A DNA stretch of 64,000 nt, from contig JAPZTW010000008.1 in assembly GCA_027533105.1 (NCBI GenBank), positions 472,684 to 536,683 of the forward strand. Direction: 5' to 3'. How positions within the stretch are numbered: the first letter of the stretch is position 1; each line of letters begins with the position of its first letter. Positions 1-8,987 of the stretch are shown one piece after another. The stretch comes from Sphingomonadaceae bacterium (GTDB lineage: Bacteria; Pseudomonadota; Alphaproteobacteria; Sphingomonadales; Sphingomonadaceae). Position numbers and translations under genes: made by a program. The notes beneath the pieces are model-generated. The model was not told the DNA's origin. It was given only the letters and a program-made list of their open reading frames with translations, and did not search any database.

Positions 1-6
1 CAATGC

Positions 7-243
7 TTGGCCAATTCTCAAAGCAGCTATTCGGATCGGTGGAACGCTTCTTGCAAGCGCCTTAACAAAGCGGACCTTGAGCGACAGGCAGAGTGTCAAG
101 CTAATGGCTTCGGGTACTGCGACTCGATCAAGATCACGCCAGCGATCGATTGTGCACTGCCAACTGTCGTCGCGAATGACTACGACAACCGCAGAGAAGA
201 AGCAAACAAGCTCTGTTTGGAGGAGTTTAAGGCTTCGAGCTAG
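7..243 (+). CDS. Hypothetical Cys-rich protein, probably the 3' part of a gene entering from outside the window
   Basis: 78-aa ORF in the AT-richer segment with 5 Cys; no recognisable motif. Confidence 0.35.
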   Translation: MANSQSSYSDRWNASCKRLNKADLERQAECQANGFGYCDSIKITPAIDCALPTVVANDYDNRREEANKLCLEEFKASS

Positions 244-249
244 CCTGCG

Positions 250-474
250 CTACACTGACCACACCACCGCCCCAATACAACTGGCAGTCGCATTCGCTTC
301 TGCGGAGTAAGCCCCATTCCTGTGAGCGTTTCGGTTGCCTCTAGGTGCACCGGGATTCGTCCCGCCGCGCATCCTGCTTCGCCGCTTGCCCTTCACAGCT
401 GGAGATTGGCACAGCATTCCTGAGCGGGTCCGGGCCAGACAGCGGGGATCTTGCGATAATTGGGCTGGTTGCAT
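250..474 (-). pseudogene. Degenerate HGGxSTG-domain protein
   Basis: RCLARTRSGMLCQSPAVKGKRRSRMRGGTNPGAPRGNRNAHRNGAY matches the RC-x-ARTRSG-x-CQ-x-PA...RCRMHGG...GAP-x-GN-x-NA-x-KHG pattern, but CRMH has become SRMR; ATG at 474. Confidence 0.6.
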
Positions 475-476
475 CT

Positions 477-1073
477 CTAGTTTCCGTCTTGTGCGCTCAG
501 AGATTCGCAAACAATCTTGGTTGTGAAGAGAATGTTTGAAGTGATCTCATGATAAAAAATCGGATTAACACCCATCGCCTCTGGCAGCCCCAATCTACTA
601 GTTCGGGTCCATAACTCACCTCCTGGAGAGGACGCATGCTGAAACGTGCGAGCGAGATCGATCAATTCGCTGCACCGCGTGCTATCGGAGCGCGCGTTTA
701 GCGCCATTCCTGCAGAGTAAGCGCAGCTAGAGCCAAAACTGCTCACGGCATTCCGTGCAGAAAGCTTTGTCCGCGTCGAGGCAACAAAGTCCTTACGCAG
801 TTGCTCGTCGAATAGACGTCTTTCCTCCTCGCTCAACGGTTCGACGGAGTTTTTGACAGCAAGGCAGTAATTCTGAAGAGCGTGTAGTAGCGATTCGACT
901 TTGGATCTTCGGGCGATCGGGTCCGTTGGATTGCCCCGAATGAAAGCGTTGTTGAGCCTTTCTACTGTCGCATGGGGGCGCGGAAGCGCCTGTCCAGCCA
1001 CAGGAGTTGAATCTAAGGTCAAAGAAGCGATTACAACTGCAACAACGACATTTGATATAGCTGTGGTTTTCAT
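477..1073 (-). CDS. Hypothetical secreted protein (198 aa)
   Basis: N-terminal signal-like MKTTAISNVVVAVVIASLTL; 4 Cys; AT-richer codon usage than backbone. Confidence 0.6.
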   Translation of the reverse strand: MKTTAISNVVVAVVIASLTLDSTPVAGQALPRPHATVERLNNAFIRGNPTDPIARRSKVESLLHALQNYCLAVKNSVEPLSEEERRLFDEQLRKDFVASTRTKLSARNAVSSFGSSCAYSAGMALNARSDSTRCSELIDLARTFQHASSPGGELWTRTSRLGLPEAMGVNPIFYHEITSNILFTTKIVCESLSAQDGN

Positions 1074-1288
1074 AACTGCCTCACCCCCAATTCTCGCAAA
1101 AGCTATTGAGCTTCAACATCCGCCCTTGGTCGCGACAAGGTTCCTGCTGGTTTCCAGTTGCATGGGATTGTCTGCCTGAAATTGTTTCGCCCCACCGGCG
1201 TGGTTGTGGAATTGATCAGCAATGACCGCCTGCGCGCGCAGCGCGTGCCCTGTCCTGTCGGGTGCGCCAATCGCTTGGCGCTGCGGTT

Positions 1289-2044
1289 CTAGGCGAGGCC
1301 GTCCCACACCAGTTTGGCGCCCAGCAGCACCATCAGCGTGTAGATGATGGTATAGAACCGCGCCGTATCCAGCCGCCGGATCAGCCGGACCGCCACCAGC
1401 GTGCTGACCACCGCCAGCGGCATCAGCAGCACTGCGGCGGCGAGGGTCTGGTGGTTGAGCGCGCCCAGCATCACATAGCTTGGCACCTTCATCCAGTTGA
1501 TCGCGGCGAAGACGATCGAGCTGGTGCCGATATAGGCCTCATGCGGCAGGCGGCGCGGGGTGACCCAGATCTGGAACGGCGGGCCGCCGGCATGGGCGAC
1601 CTGGCTGGTAAAGCCGGTCGCCACGCCGAACAGGCTGCCGACCCAGCCCGGCGAGTTCGAGGCGGCGACGAACCGCCCGCCGCGCTCCACCCACAAGCGG
1701 TATAGTCCGAAGACCAGGGTAACGAGGCCCAGCACGAGCAGCAGCCGCTGCTCGGAAACTGCTGCCGCCAGGACCGTGCCCAGCGCCACCCCCACGGCCG
1801 CTCCCGGCAGCATCCAGGCGATCACCCAGCCGTTCCAGCTTTTGCGGAACGACCAGACGCTGACCACGTCCTGCACCAGCAGGACCGGCAGCAGCACGGC
1901 AACGGCAACCGTCGGCGGCATGGCCAGCGCCAGCAGCGGCGTGCCCAGCACCCCCAGCCCGGCGAACCCGCCCTTGGCCAGGCCCAGGATGCAGACAGCC
2001 AGTACGGCAAGGGCCAGCGTGGCAGGATCGGCAAGCAGTTCCAT
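1289..2044 (-). CDS. Sulfite exporter TauE/SafE family membrane protein
   Basis: Multi-TM protein with GLAKGGFAGLG and AHAGGPP motifs; ATG MELLADP at 2044. Confidence 0.85.
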   Translation of the reverse strand: MELLADPATLALAVLAVCILGLAKGGFAGLGVLGTPLLALAMPPTVAVAVLLPVLLVQDVVSVWSFRKSWNGWVIAWMLPGAAVGVALGTVLAAAVSEQRLLLVLGLVTLVFGLYRLWVERGGRFVAASNSPGWVGSLFGVATGFTSQVAHAGGPPFQIWVTPRRLPHEAYIGTSSIVFAAINWMKVPSYVMLGALNHQTLAAAVLLMPLAVVSTLVAVRLIRRLDTARFYTIIYTLMVLLGAKLVWDGLA

Positions 2045-2202
2045 CTCCCGCTGACCAGCATGCCCGGGGGCCGAACGCAAGCCCGGTCAGGACCCTGGAG
2101 GCACTGTGGCGCGAATGTACCGGTACATCCCTGGCGATTGCTCACGCCTGGCAGTCCGCCGATGGGAACGGGTTGTCGACTGCCCAGACCCGGAGTTTGC
2201 CC

Positions 2203-3048
2203 ATGTCCTACCATTTGCCCGCCCTGGCTCTGGCCGTCCTGGCCCTTGCCACCCCTTCGCTGGCCCATGCCGGCCAGTGCGAGGAGGGCTTCGTGAAGAA
2301 GGGCAGCATGATCTCGGGCCTGCGCTTCACCGCGACAGTCACTGTCCCCGATCTGCCGCCCGATGTGGCGATCAACCAGATCCGCGGCATTGTGGCCTCC
2401 CGCGGCTACGACATCATCGCAGCCGAGCCGACGGCCGGACAGTTGCTGATTGAGCAGAGCGTCACGCAGAATACGCGCGCCTTTCCGATCGAAATCAACG
2501 CCACAAGCGGCGGTGGGACCGGGACAGTGGTGATGGAAGCCAAGCTGCGCGCCGGGCAGAGCACCAAAACCGAGCTGGCCATGGCCGAGATGTGCGGCGT
2601 GCTCAACCAGGTCAAGGGCGGCAAGGCCGGCCGCTTGGCGGCGGCCAGCGGCGCTCGTGCCGAAACCCAGCAGGCGGCGCCGATCGCGATGACCGCCCAG
2701 GCCTTTTCCTCGCAGATATCGAAGGACGCCGAACGCAACCTGGCCAACATCGCCCAGCGCTACAAGAACAAGCAGTTCACGCTTTCGGGTGAGGTCGACT
2801 ATATTGCGCCGGACGGCAACCAGACCCGCGTTGCCTACAAGATCATGCAGCCGCACGAGATGGTGATTCGGCTTCCTGGCATGGCGCAATCGCTCTGGGC
2901 GGTCAGTTGCCTGATGGCGCCCGGCACCTCGGTCTTCACCGCCCAGCTCAAGCCCAAGAAGCAGGTCAAGCTGACCGGAACCTTTTACGAATTCTCGGAC
3001 ATCAAGGAAGTGGTCTGGTTGCAGAACTGCCGACCGGCAGCGAAGTAG
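2203..3048 (+). CDS. Secreted two-domain hypothetical protein with C-terminal OB-fold-like (tRNA_anti-like) domain
   Basis: GGAG RBS before ATG 2203; signal peptide; C-terminal N...A..RYKNKQFTLSGEVDYI pattern. Confidence 0.65.
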   Translation: MSYHLPALALAVLALATPSLAHAGQCEEGFVKKGSMISGLRFTATVTVPDLPPDVAINQIRGIVASRGYDIIAAEPTAGQLLIEQSVTQNTRAFPIEINATSGGGTGTVVMEAKLRAGQSTKTELAMAEMCGVLNQVKGGKAGRLAAASGARAETQQAAPIAMTAQAFSSQISKDAERNLANIAQRYKNKQFTLSGEVDYIAPDGNQTRVAYKIMQPHEMVIRLPGMAQSLWAVSCLMAPGTSVFTAQLKPKKQVKLTGTFYEFSDIKEVVWLQNCRPAAK

Positions 3049-3123
3049 CACGCCCGCGGGAGAGCTTGACTTGACGGCATGAATGGTCTGCCTTGCCCTA
3101 CCTGCTGCGGGAGCCGACTTGCC

Positions 3124-4395
3124 ATGCCGATCAGACCGTCCTTGTCACTCCTTGCCCTCGCTGCTCTGGCCGTGGCTCCCTCAGCGAGCGCCCAGAGCCC
3201 CGCGCCCGAGGCCGTGGCGGCCGCCGCGCTCAAGGCCGCGCCCGTGTGGGACGGCCACAACGACGTGCCCGACAAGCTGCGCGACATGCGCCGCAACGTG
3301 CTGGGCAGCTTCGATTTCAACGATACCCGGGCCGAGCGCGATGCGGCCGGCAAGGTGCCGCCGTTCCAGACCGACATCCAGCGGCTGCGCGCGGGCAAGG
3401 TCGGGGCGCAGTTCTGGTCGGTCTATGTCTCGGCATCGCTGAGCGAGCCGCAGGCGGTCCAGGCCACGCTCGAACAGATCGACGTGATGAAGCGGGTGAT
3501 CGCCCGTCACCCCGGCGACCTCGCCTATTGCGAGACATCCGATTGCGTGGCCCGGGCGATGAAGGCGGGCAAGGTCGCCTCGCTGCTGGGGATCGAGGGC
3601 GGCCATTCGATCGGCACCTCGCTGGCGGTGCTGCGCCAGATGCACGCGCTGGGCGTGCGCTACATGACACTGACCCACACCAAGAACAACGCCTGGGCCG
3701 ATGCCGGGACCGACACTCCCCGGCACGATGGCCTGAATGATCTGGGCCGCGACGTGATCCGCGAGATGAACCGGCTGGGCATGCTGGTCGACCTCAGCCA
3801 CGTCAGCGAGGCGACCATGCTCGACACGCTGGATGTCACCAGGACCCCGGTGATCTTCAGCCATTCGAACGCCACGGCGATCAATGCCCACGCCCGCAAC
3901 GTGCCCGACAGCGTGCTCGATCGGCTGAAGGCCAATGGCGGGATCGTGATGGTCAATTTCTACCCGCCCTTCGTCAGCGAGGAGCGCCGCCAGTGGAACG
4001 CCCGCCGCGCGGCCGAAAAGGCTCGGCTTGAGGCCCTGAACCTCGGCAATCCGAAGGCCAGCGAGGCCGGGCTGGAGGCCTGGGTGCGGGCCAACCCCGC
4101 GCCCACCGGCGCACTGGCCGATGTTGCCAACCACCTGGATTACATCAAGCGCCGGATCGGTGTGGCGCACGTGGGCATCGGCGGCGATTTCGATGGCATC
4201 GACGAGGCCGTGACCGGGCTGGAGGATGTCACCACCTATCCCGCGCTGTTCACCGAACTGGCCCGGCGCGGCTGGACCCAGGCCGATCTGGAAGCCCTCG
4301 CCAGCGGCAACATGATGCGGGTGATGAAGGCGACCGAGGCCTATGCCGCCAGCCGCCGCGCCGATCCGCCGGTGGAGAACCCGGTGCCGTTCTGA
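3124..4395 (+). CDS. Membrane dipeptidase (peptidase M19)
   Basis: DGHND, IEGGH, DLSH, FSHS and GGDFDG motifs; signal peptide. Confidence 0.92.
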   Translation: MPIRPSLSLLALAALAVAPSASAQSPAPEAVAAAALKAAPVWDGHNDVPDKLRDMRRNVLGSFDFNDTRAERDAAGKVPPFQTDIQRLRAGKVGAQFWSVYVSASLSEPQAVQATLEQIDVMKRVIARHPGDLAYCETSDCVARAMKAGKVASLLGIEGGHSIGTSLAVLRQMHALGVRYMTLTHTKNNAWADAGTDTPRHDGLNDLGRDVIREMNRLGMLVDLSHVSEATMLDTLDVTRTPVIFSHSNATAINAHARNVPDSVLDRLKANGGIVMVNFYPPFVSEERRQWNARRAAEKARLEALNLGNPKASEAGLEAWVRANPAPTGALADVANHLDYIKRRIGVAHVGIGGDFDGIDEAVTGLEDVTTYPALFTELARRGWTQADLEALASGNMMRVMKATEAYAASRRADPPVENPVPF

Positions 4396-4415
4396 GCGAA
4401 CGCCCGATCGCCCGC

Positions 4416-4853
4416 TCAGTGCGGGTCGATGCGGCCGATCATGCGGATGAAGAAGGCGGTCGACCAGCCAAGCAGGAAGATCCCCAGCACGCTTTCGAAG
4501 GCGCCCAGCAGGCGCCAATCCGCGGCGATGTGCAGATCGTTGTAGCCCACGGTCGAATAGCTGATGGTGGAGAAATAGAGCGCCGGTTCCAGCTGGGGAA
4601 TCGCCCCCAGCGCGACATAGACCAGCGCGAACAGCCAGATTTCGAGCCCGTGCAGCGCCAGCATGGCGATCACCACGCCCAGGGTGAACAGCCCGCCGCG
4701 CGGCGACAGCGGCGTGATGTGCTGCAATCGCTCGACCGCCGTCTCGGTCCGCATTGCGTGGTTGAGCCCGAACAGGCCCAGCCCGTGGATCGCCACGCAG
4801 GCCACCACCATCAGCGAGGAGACGATGAACTGGAGCAGCAGCTGCTCGTTCAT
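4416..4853 (-). CDS. Small 2-TM potassium-channel-like protein (Ion_trans_2)
   Basis: ALYFSTISYSTVGYNDL pore helix and filter; ATG at 4853 overlaps the racemase stop (ATGA). Confidence 0.8.
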   Translation of the reverse strand: MNEQLLLQFIVSSLMVVACVAIHGLGLFGLNHAMRTETAVERLQHITPLSPRGGLFTLGVVIAMLALHGLEIWLFALVYVALGAIPQLEPALYFSTISYSTVGYNDLHIAADWRLLGAFESVLGIFLLGWSTAFFIRMIGRIDPH

Positions 4854-5542
4854 GACGCGAGCACGTGATCGACCGCGGCGGCGGCGTGCAGCGCGGTGGT
4901 ATCGAGCAGGGGCACGCTGCAATCGCCATCGCGCAGCAGCAGGCCGATCTCGGTACAGCCCAGGATGATCGCGCCGGCCCCCTGCGCCGCCAGCCGCTCG
5001 GCAATCGCCCGATAGCTGGCGCGCGATGCTTCGGAAATGATCCCGGCGATCAGTTCCTCGTAGATGATGCGGTGCGCCTCGGCCCGGTCGGCGGCATCGG
5101 GCACGATCACCTCCAGCCCGGCGGCGGCCAGCCGTTCGCGGTAGAAGGCCTGCTCCATCGTGAAGGCCGTACCCATCAACCCAACCCGGGTGCAGCCCAG
5201 CGCCTGGGCCTGCCGGGCCGCCGGATCGGCGATGTGCAGCAGCGGAATGGCGACGGCGGCCTGCACCGCATCGGCCAGCTTGTGCATGGTGTTGGTGCAG
5301 ATCACCAGGGCGTCGCACCCGGCCGCCTCAAGCCGCCGGGCCGCATCGACCAGCAGCGCGGTCGCACCGTCCCAGTCGCCCGCCATCTGCAGCGCCTCGA
5401 CCTCGCTGAAATCGAACGACCACAGCAGGCAGCGGGCCGAAGCGCTGGGCCCTGCGCGGTCGCGCACGCCCTGATTGATCAGGCGATAGTATTCGGCCGA
5501 GCTTTCCCAGCTCATTCCGCCGATCAGGCCAAGCAGCTTCAT
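4850..5542 (-). CDS. Asp/Glu racemase family protein (RacX/YgeA-like)
   Basis: MKLLGLIGGMSWESS start; both catalytic Cys present (ICTNTMH, LGCTEI). Confidence 0.92.
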   Translation of the reverse strand: MKLLGLIGGMSWESSAEYYRLINQGVRDRAGPSASARCLLWSFDFSEVEALQMAGDWDGATALLVDAARRLEAAGCDALVICTNTMHKLADAVQAAVAIPLLHIADPAARQAQALGCTRVGLMGTAFTMEQAFYRERLAAAGLEVIVPDAADRAEAHRIIYEELIAGIISEASRASYRAIAERLAAQGAGAIILGCTEIGLLLRDGDCSVPLLDTTALHAAAAVDHVLAS

Positions 5543-5554
5543 GGCCTGGCGGGC

Positions 5555-6394
5555 TCAGTCACGCAGCAATTCGTTGATTGCGGTCTTGGCGCGGGTCTGG
5601 GCATCGACGGTCTTGACGATCACGGCGCAGTAGAGCGAGGGGCCGGGCGAACCGTCGGGCAGGGGCTTGCCCGGCATCGAACCGGGCACGACCACGCTGT
5701 AGGGCGGCACCCGGCCAATGTGGACTTCGCCGGTGGCCCGGTCGACGATCTTGGTCGAGGCGCCGATGAACACGCCCATCGACAGCACCGCGCCTTCGCA
5801 GACCCGCACGCCTTCGACCACTTCGCTGCGCGCACCGATGAAGCAGTTGTCCTCGATCACCACCGGTTCGGCCTGGAGCGGCTCGAGCACGCCGCCGATC
5901 CCGACCCCCCCCGAGAGATGGACGTTCTTGCCGATCTGCGCGCAGGAGCCGACCGTGGCCCAGGTATCGACCATCGTGCCATCACCCACGTGGGCACCGA
6001 TGTTGACGAAGCTGGGCATCACCACCACGCCCTTGCCGATATGCGCGCCGCGCCGCACCACGGCGCCGGGCACGATCCGGAAACCGGCTTCGCGGAAGCG
6101 ATTCTCGCCCCAGCCGGCGAACTTCGATGGCACCTTGTCGAACGCCGGGGCCCCGGCCGCACCGCCCGGCACAACTTCGTTGTCGTTGAGGCGGAAGCTC
6201 AGCAGCACGGCCTTCTTGAGCCACTGGTTGACCTGCCAGCCGCCCGCCCCGTCGGGTTCGGCCACGCGGGCCTGGCCGCCATCCAGCAGGGCCAGCGCGG
6301 CCTCGACCACATCGCGCACGTCGGCGCTGGCAGGGGTCACGGTATCGCGCCGCTCCCACGCGGCTTCGATGGCGGCGGCAAGATCGGCGCTCAT
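5555..6394 (-). CDS. dapD: Tetrahydrodipicolinate N-succinyltransferase
   Basis: [23 protein letters not shown], hexapeptide repeats, C-terminal [10 protein letters not shown]. Confidence 0.96.
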   Translation of the reverse strand: MSADLAAAIEAAWERRDTVTPASADVRDVVEAALALLDGGQARVAEPDGAGGWQVNQWLKKAVLLSFRLNDNEVVPGGAAGAPAFDKVPSKFAGWGENRFREAGFRIVPGAVVRRGAHIGKGVVVMPSFVNIGAHVGDGTMVDTWATVGSCAQIGKNVHLSGGVGIGGVLEPLQAEPVVIEDNCFIGARSEVVEGVRVCEGAVLSMGVFIGASTKIVDRATGEVHIGRVPPYSVVVPGSMPGKPLPDGSPGPSLYCAVIVKTVDAQTRAKTAINELLRD

Positions 6395-6536
6395 GGCAGG
6401 CTCCAGCAGAAGACGGGTTACGCCTCGCGCCTAGCGCCAGCGACGCTCTGGCGCAAAAGAAATTCCCGGTTAAGATGATCGCTGGCATGGAGGGGCCAAT
6501 TCGGCAGGTGGGGCCGATAAAGGAGAGTTCGGTCGC

Positions 6537-8954
6537 ATGAGCGCTTCGCCAAGCCATCGATCGCGCGGACCCATGGTCGCGGCGATGGTCTCGTTCGTCC
6601 TGGTCGCAGCCTGTGGAGGCAGCGGCGGATCGGTGGGCAGTACCCCGGCCCCCGCGCCGGCGCCCACCCCGACGCCCACGCCTACTCCAACTCCAACACC
6701 GACGCCCAGTCCGACCCCGGGCCCCACGCCGACGCCGACCGCCAGCTTCCTGACCAGCGAATACAACCGGTCGAGCGGGGCGGTCCAGCATGGCGCGCTG
6801 ACCCCCTGGGCGGCGGGCTATAGCGGCACCGGGGTGACGATCGGCATTGTCGATACCGGGATCGATACCGACAGCCCGGAATTTGCCGGTCGGATCCTGA
6901 CCGCCTCGGCCGACGTGGCGGGTAGTCGCGGGCTGGACAATCCCGATAGCGACCATGGCACCAACGTCGCGATGGTGGCCGCTGCCGCGCGCGACGGGAT
7001 CGGCGTGGTCGGCCTGGCGTTCAACGCCAGCATCGCCATGTTCCGTGCCGATTCGCCTGGCACCTGCGCTGTCAACGATCCCAATGATCCCAAGGACGGG
7101 TGCAAGCTGGCGGATTCGGCCATCGCCCAGGGGATCGATCGCGCCGTGGCGGCCGGGGCCAAGGTGATCAATCTCTCGCTGGGCGGATCGATCCCCAGCA
7201 CCGGGCTGCGCGCGGCGGTCTCGCGCGCGGCGGCCGCCGGGGTGGTGGTGATCGTGGCGGCTGGCAACGATGGCGATTCGACCGAGGCCGGGGTCGATCC
7301 CAATAATCCCGATCCCTTTGCCACCGGCCTGCGCCAGGCGGGCAATGGCAATGTCATCATCGTTGGCTCGGTTGACAAGGACAATGCCTTCTCGGTCTTC
7401 TCCAACCGAGCCGGGACCGAGGCCAGCTGGTTCCTCTCCGCCCGGGGCGAGCGGGTCTGCTGCGTCTACGAAGACGGCGTGCTGAAGATTACCACCGATT
7501 CCACCGGCGCGCGGTTCCAGTACGTCTTCTCGGGCACCAGCTTTGCCGCGCCGCAGGTGGCCGGTGCCGTCGCCCTGCTCCGCCAGGCTTTCCCCAACCT
7601 GACCGCCACGCAGGTGGTCGATCTGCTGCTGCGCACCGCCCGCGATGCCGGCGCGGCGGGGACCGACAGCACCTTCGGGCGCGGCCTGCTCGACCTGGCC
7701 GCCGCCTTTGCGCCGCAAGGGGTCACCAGCCTTGCCGGGACGGCCGTGCCGATCCCGGCCGGCGATACCACCGGCGTCACCTCGACCCCGATGGGCGATG
7801 CCGGCCCGCGCGCCGGTTCGATCGAGACGGTCGTGCTCGACAGCTACCAGCGCGCCTATGGGATGGACCTTGCCACCGGCCTGCGCGGTGCGCAGGTCCA
7901 GCCGCGGCTCGGCCCGGCGCTGGCCAGCAATCATCGCAATCTGTCGCTGGGCGGGGGCAAGCTGGCCCTGGCCTTCTCGGTCGATGCGACCGGGCGGGTG
8001 GCGAATCTGCCATGGACCGGCCAGCTGCGGCTGACCCGCGAACAGGCCGAACAGGCCCGGGTGCTCGCCGCCCGCGCGGTGCTGCAACTGGCCCCCGGCC
8101 GCCGGATCGGCTTTGCCTTCGAACAGGGCGCCGATGGCCTGGTCGCCCAGTTGCAGGGGCGGGACCAGCCGGCTTTCCTGATCGCGCGTTCACCGCTCGA
8201 TGACCTGGGTTTCGGCGCCACTGGGCAGGCCAGTTTTGCCTTCCGCGAAAGCCTTGGCCCCTGGGGCCTGACGATCAGCGCCGAGCGCGGCGCGGCCCAG
8301 GCCGGCGCGCAGGTCCGGCTGGCGGATTCGGCGGCCACCTGGCTGCCGGGGGTGCCCGCAACCCGCATCGGTGTGGCCTTCGACCGCCGCTTTGGTGCAC
8401 TCGATGCGGCGCTGGGGGCATCGTGGCTGGTTGAGCGCGATTCCGTCCTTGGCGCCCGGTTCCACCGCGCCTTTGGTGGCAGCGGGGCGGACAGCCTGTT
8501 CCTCGATGCCAGCGCCGGCTGGCAGGTGGCGCCGCAATGGCGGCTGGGCGCGGCCTGGCGCAGCGGCTTCACGGCTCCCCGCGCCGGGGGCCTGATCAGC
8601 AGTGCCTCGCGCCTGGTCACGTCGGCCTGGGCGCTCGACGCCGAACGGCAGGGGGTGTTTTCCGCCAGCGATCGTCTGGCCTTCCGGTTGTCCCAGCCGC
8701 TGCGGGTGGAAAGCGGCGGGCTTTCGCTCGACCTGCCGGTCGACTGGTCCTATGCCACGCTGACGCCGACCTATGGCCGCCGCCTGCTGTCGCTGCGGCC
8801 GAGCGGGCGCGAGCTCGATGCCGAACTGGCCTGGCGCGGCGCGCTGTGGGGCGGCACGGCCAGCGCCAGCCTGTTCTACCGCAAGGATCCGGGGCATTAC
8901 TCCGCCCTGCCGGATGACCAGGGCGCGGGCTTCAGCTGGACGCGCCAGTTCTAG
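6537..8954 (+). CDS. S8 subtilase lipoprotein with Pro-Thr linker and C-terminal beta-barrel-like region
   Basis: LVAAC lipobox; catalytic triad IVDTG, HGT, GTSFAAP; amphipathic beta-strand C-terminus ending in Phe. Confidence 0.88.
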   Translation: MSASPSHRSRGPMVAAMVSFVLVAACGGSGGSVGSTPAPAPAPTPTPTPTPTPTPTPSPTPGPTPTPTASFLTSEYNRSSGAVQHGALTPWAAGYSGTGVTIGIVDTGIDTDSPEFAGRILTASADVAGSRGLDNPDSDHGTNVAMVAAAARDGIGVVGLAFNASIAMFRADSPGTCAVNDPNDPKDGCKLADSAIAQGIDRAVAAGAKVINLSLGGSIPSTGLRAAVSRAAAAGVVVIVAAGNDGDSTEAGVDPNNPDPFATGLRQAGNGNVIIVGSVDKDNAFSVFSNRAGTEASWFLSARGERVCCVYEDGVLKITTDSTGARFQYVFSGTSFAAPQVAGAVALLRQAFPNLTATQVVDLLLRTARDAGAAGTDSTFGRGLLDLAAAFAPQGVTSLAGTAVPIPAGDTTGVTSTPMGDAGPRAGSIETVVLDSYQRAYGMDLATGLRGAQVQPRLGPALASNHRNLSLGGGKLALAFSVDATGRVANLPWTGQLRLTREQAEQARVLAARAVLQLAPGRRIGFAFEQGADGLVAQLQGRDQPAFLIARSPLDDLGFGATGQASFAFRESLGPWGLTISAERGAAQAGAQVRLADSAATWLPGVPATRIGVAFDRRFGALDAALGASWLVERDSVLGARFHRAFGGSGADSLFLDASAGWQVAPQWRLGAAWRSGFTAPRAGGLISSASRLVTSAWALDAERQGVFSASDRLAFRLSQPLRVESGGLSLDLPVDWSYATLTPTYGRRLLSLRPSGRELDAELAWRGALWGGTASASLFYRKDPGHYSALPDDQGAGFSWTRQF
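6642..6740 (+). repeat. Coding low-complexity (PA/PT)n linker repeat
   Basis: TPAPAPAPTPTPTPTPTPTPTPSPTPGPTPTPT with synonymous variation. Confidence 0.85.
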
Positions 8955-8987
8955 ACAGAACGCAGCGCGGCCTGCATGGCGGGTGGC

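Noticed and set aside
1170-1215. Minus-strand GGTGGGGCGAAAC resembling a tmRNA/tRNA 5' end or att site
   Set aside because: No following GGATCGAC, T-arm or CCA could be found.
6642-6740. Periodic repeats as a possible CRISPR or VNTR (also the TolA stalk, about 28050-28180)
   Set aside because: They are in-frame Pro-rich linkers with synonymous variation, with no repeat-spacer structure and no cas genes.
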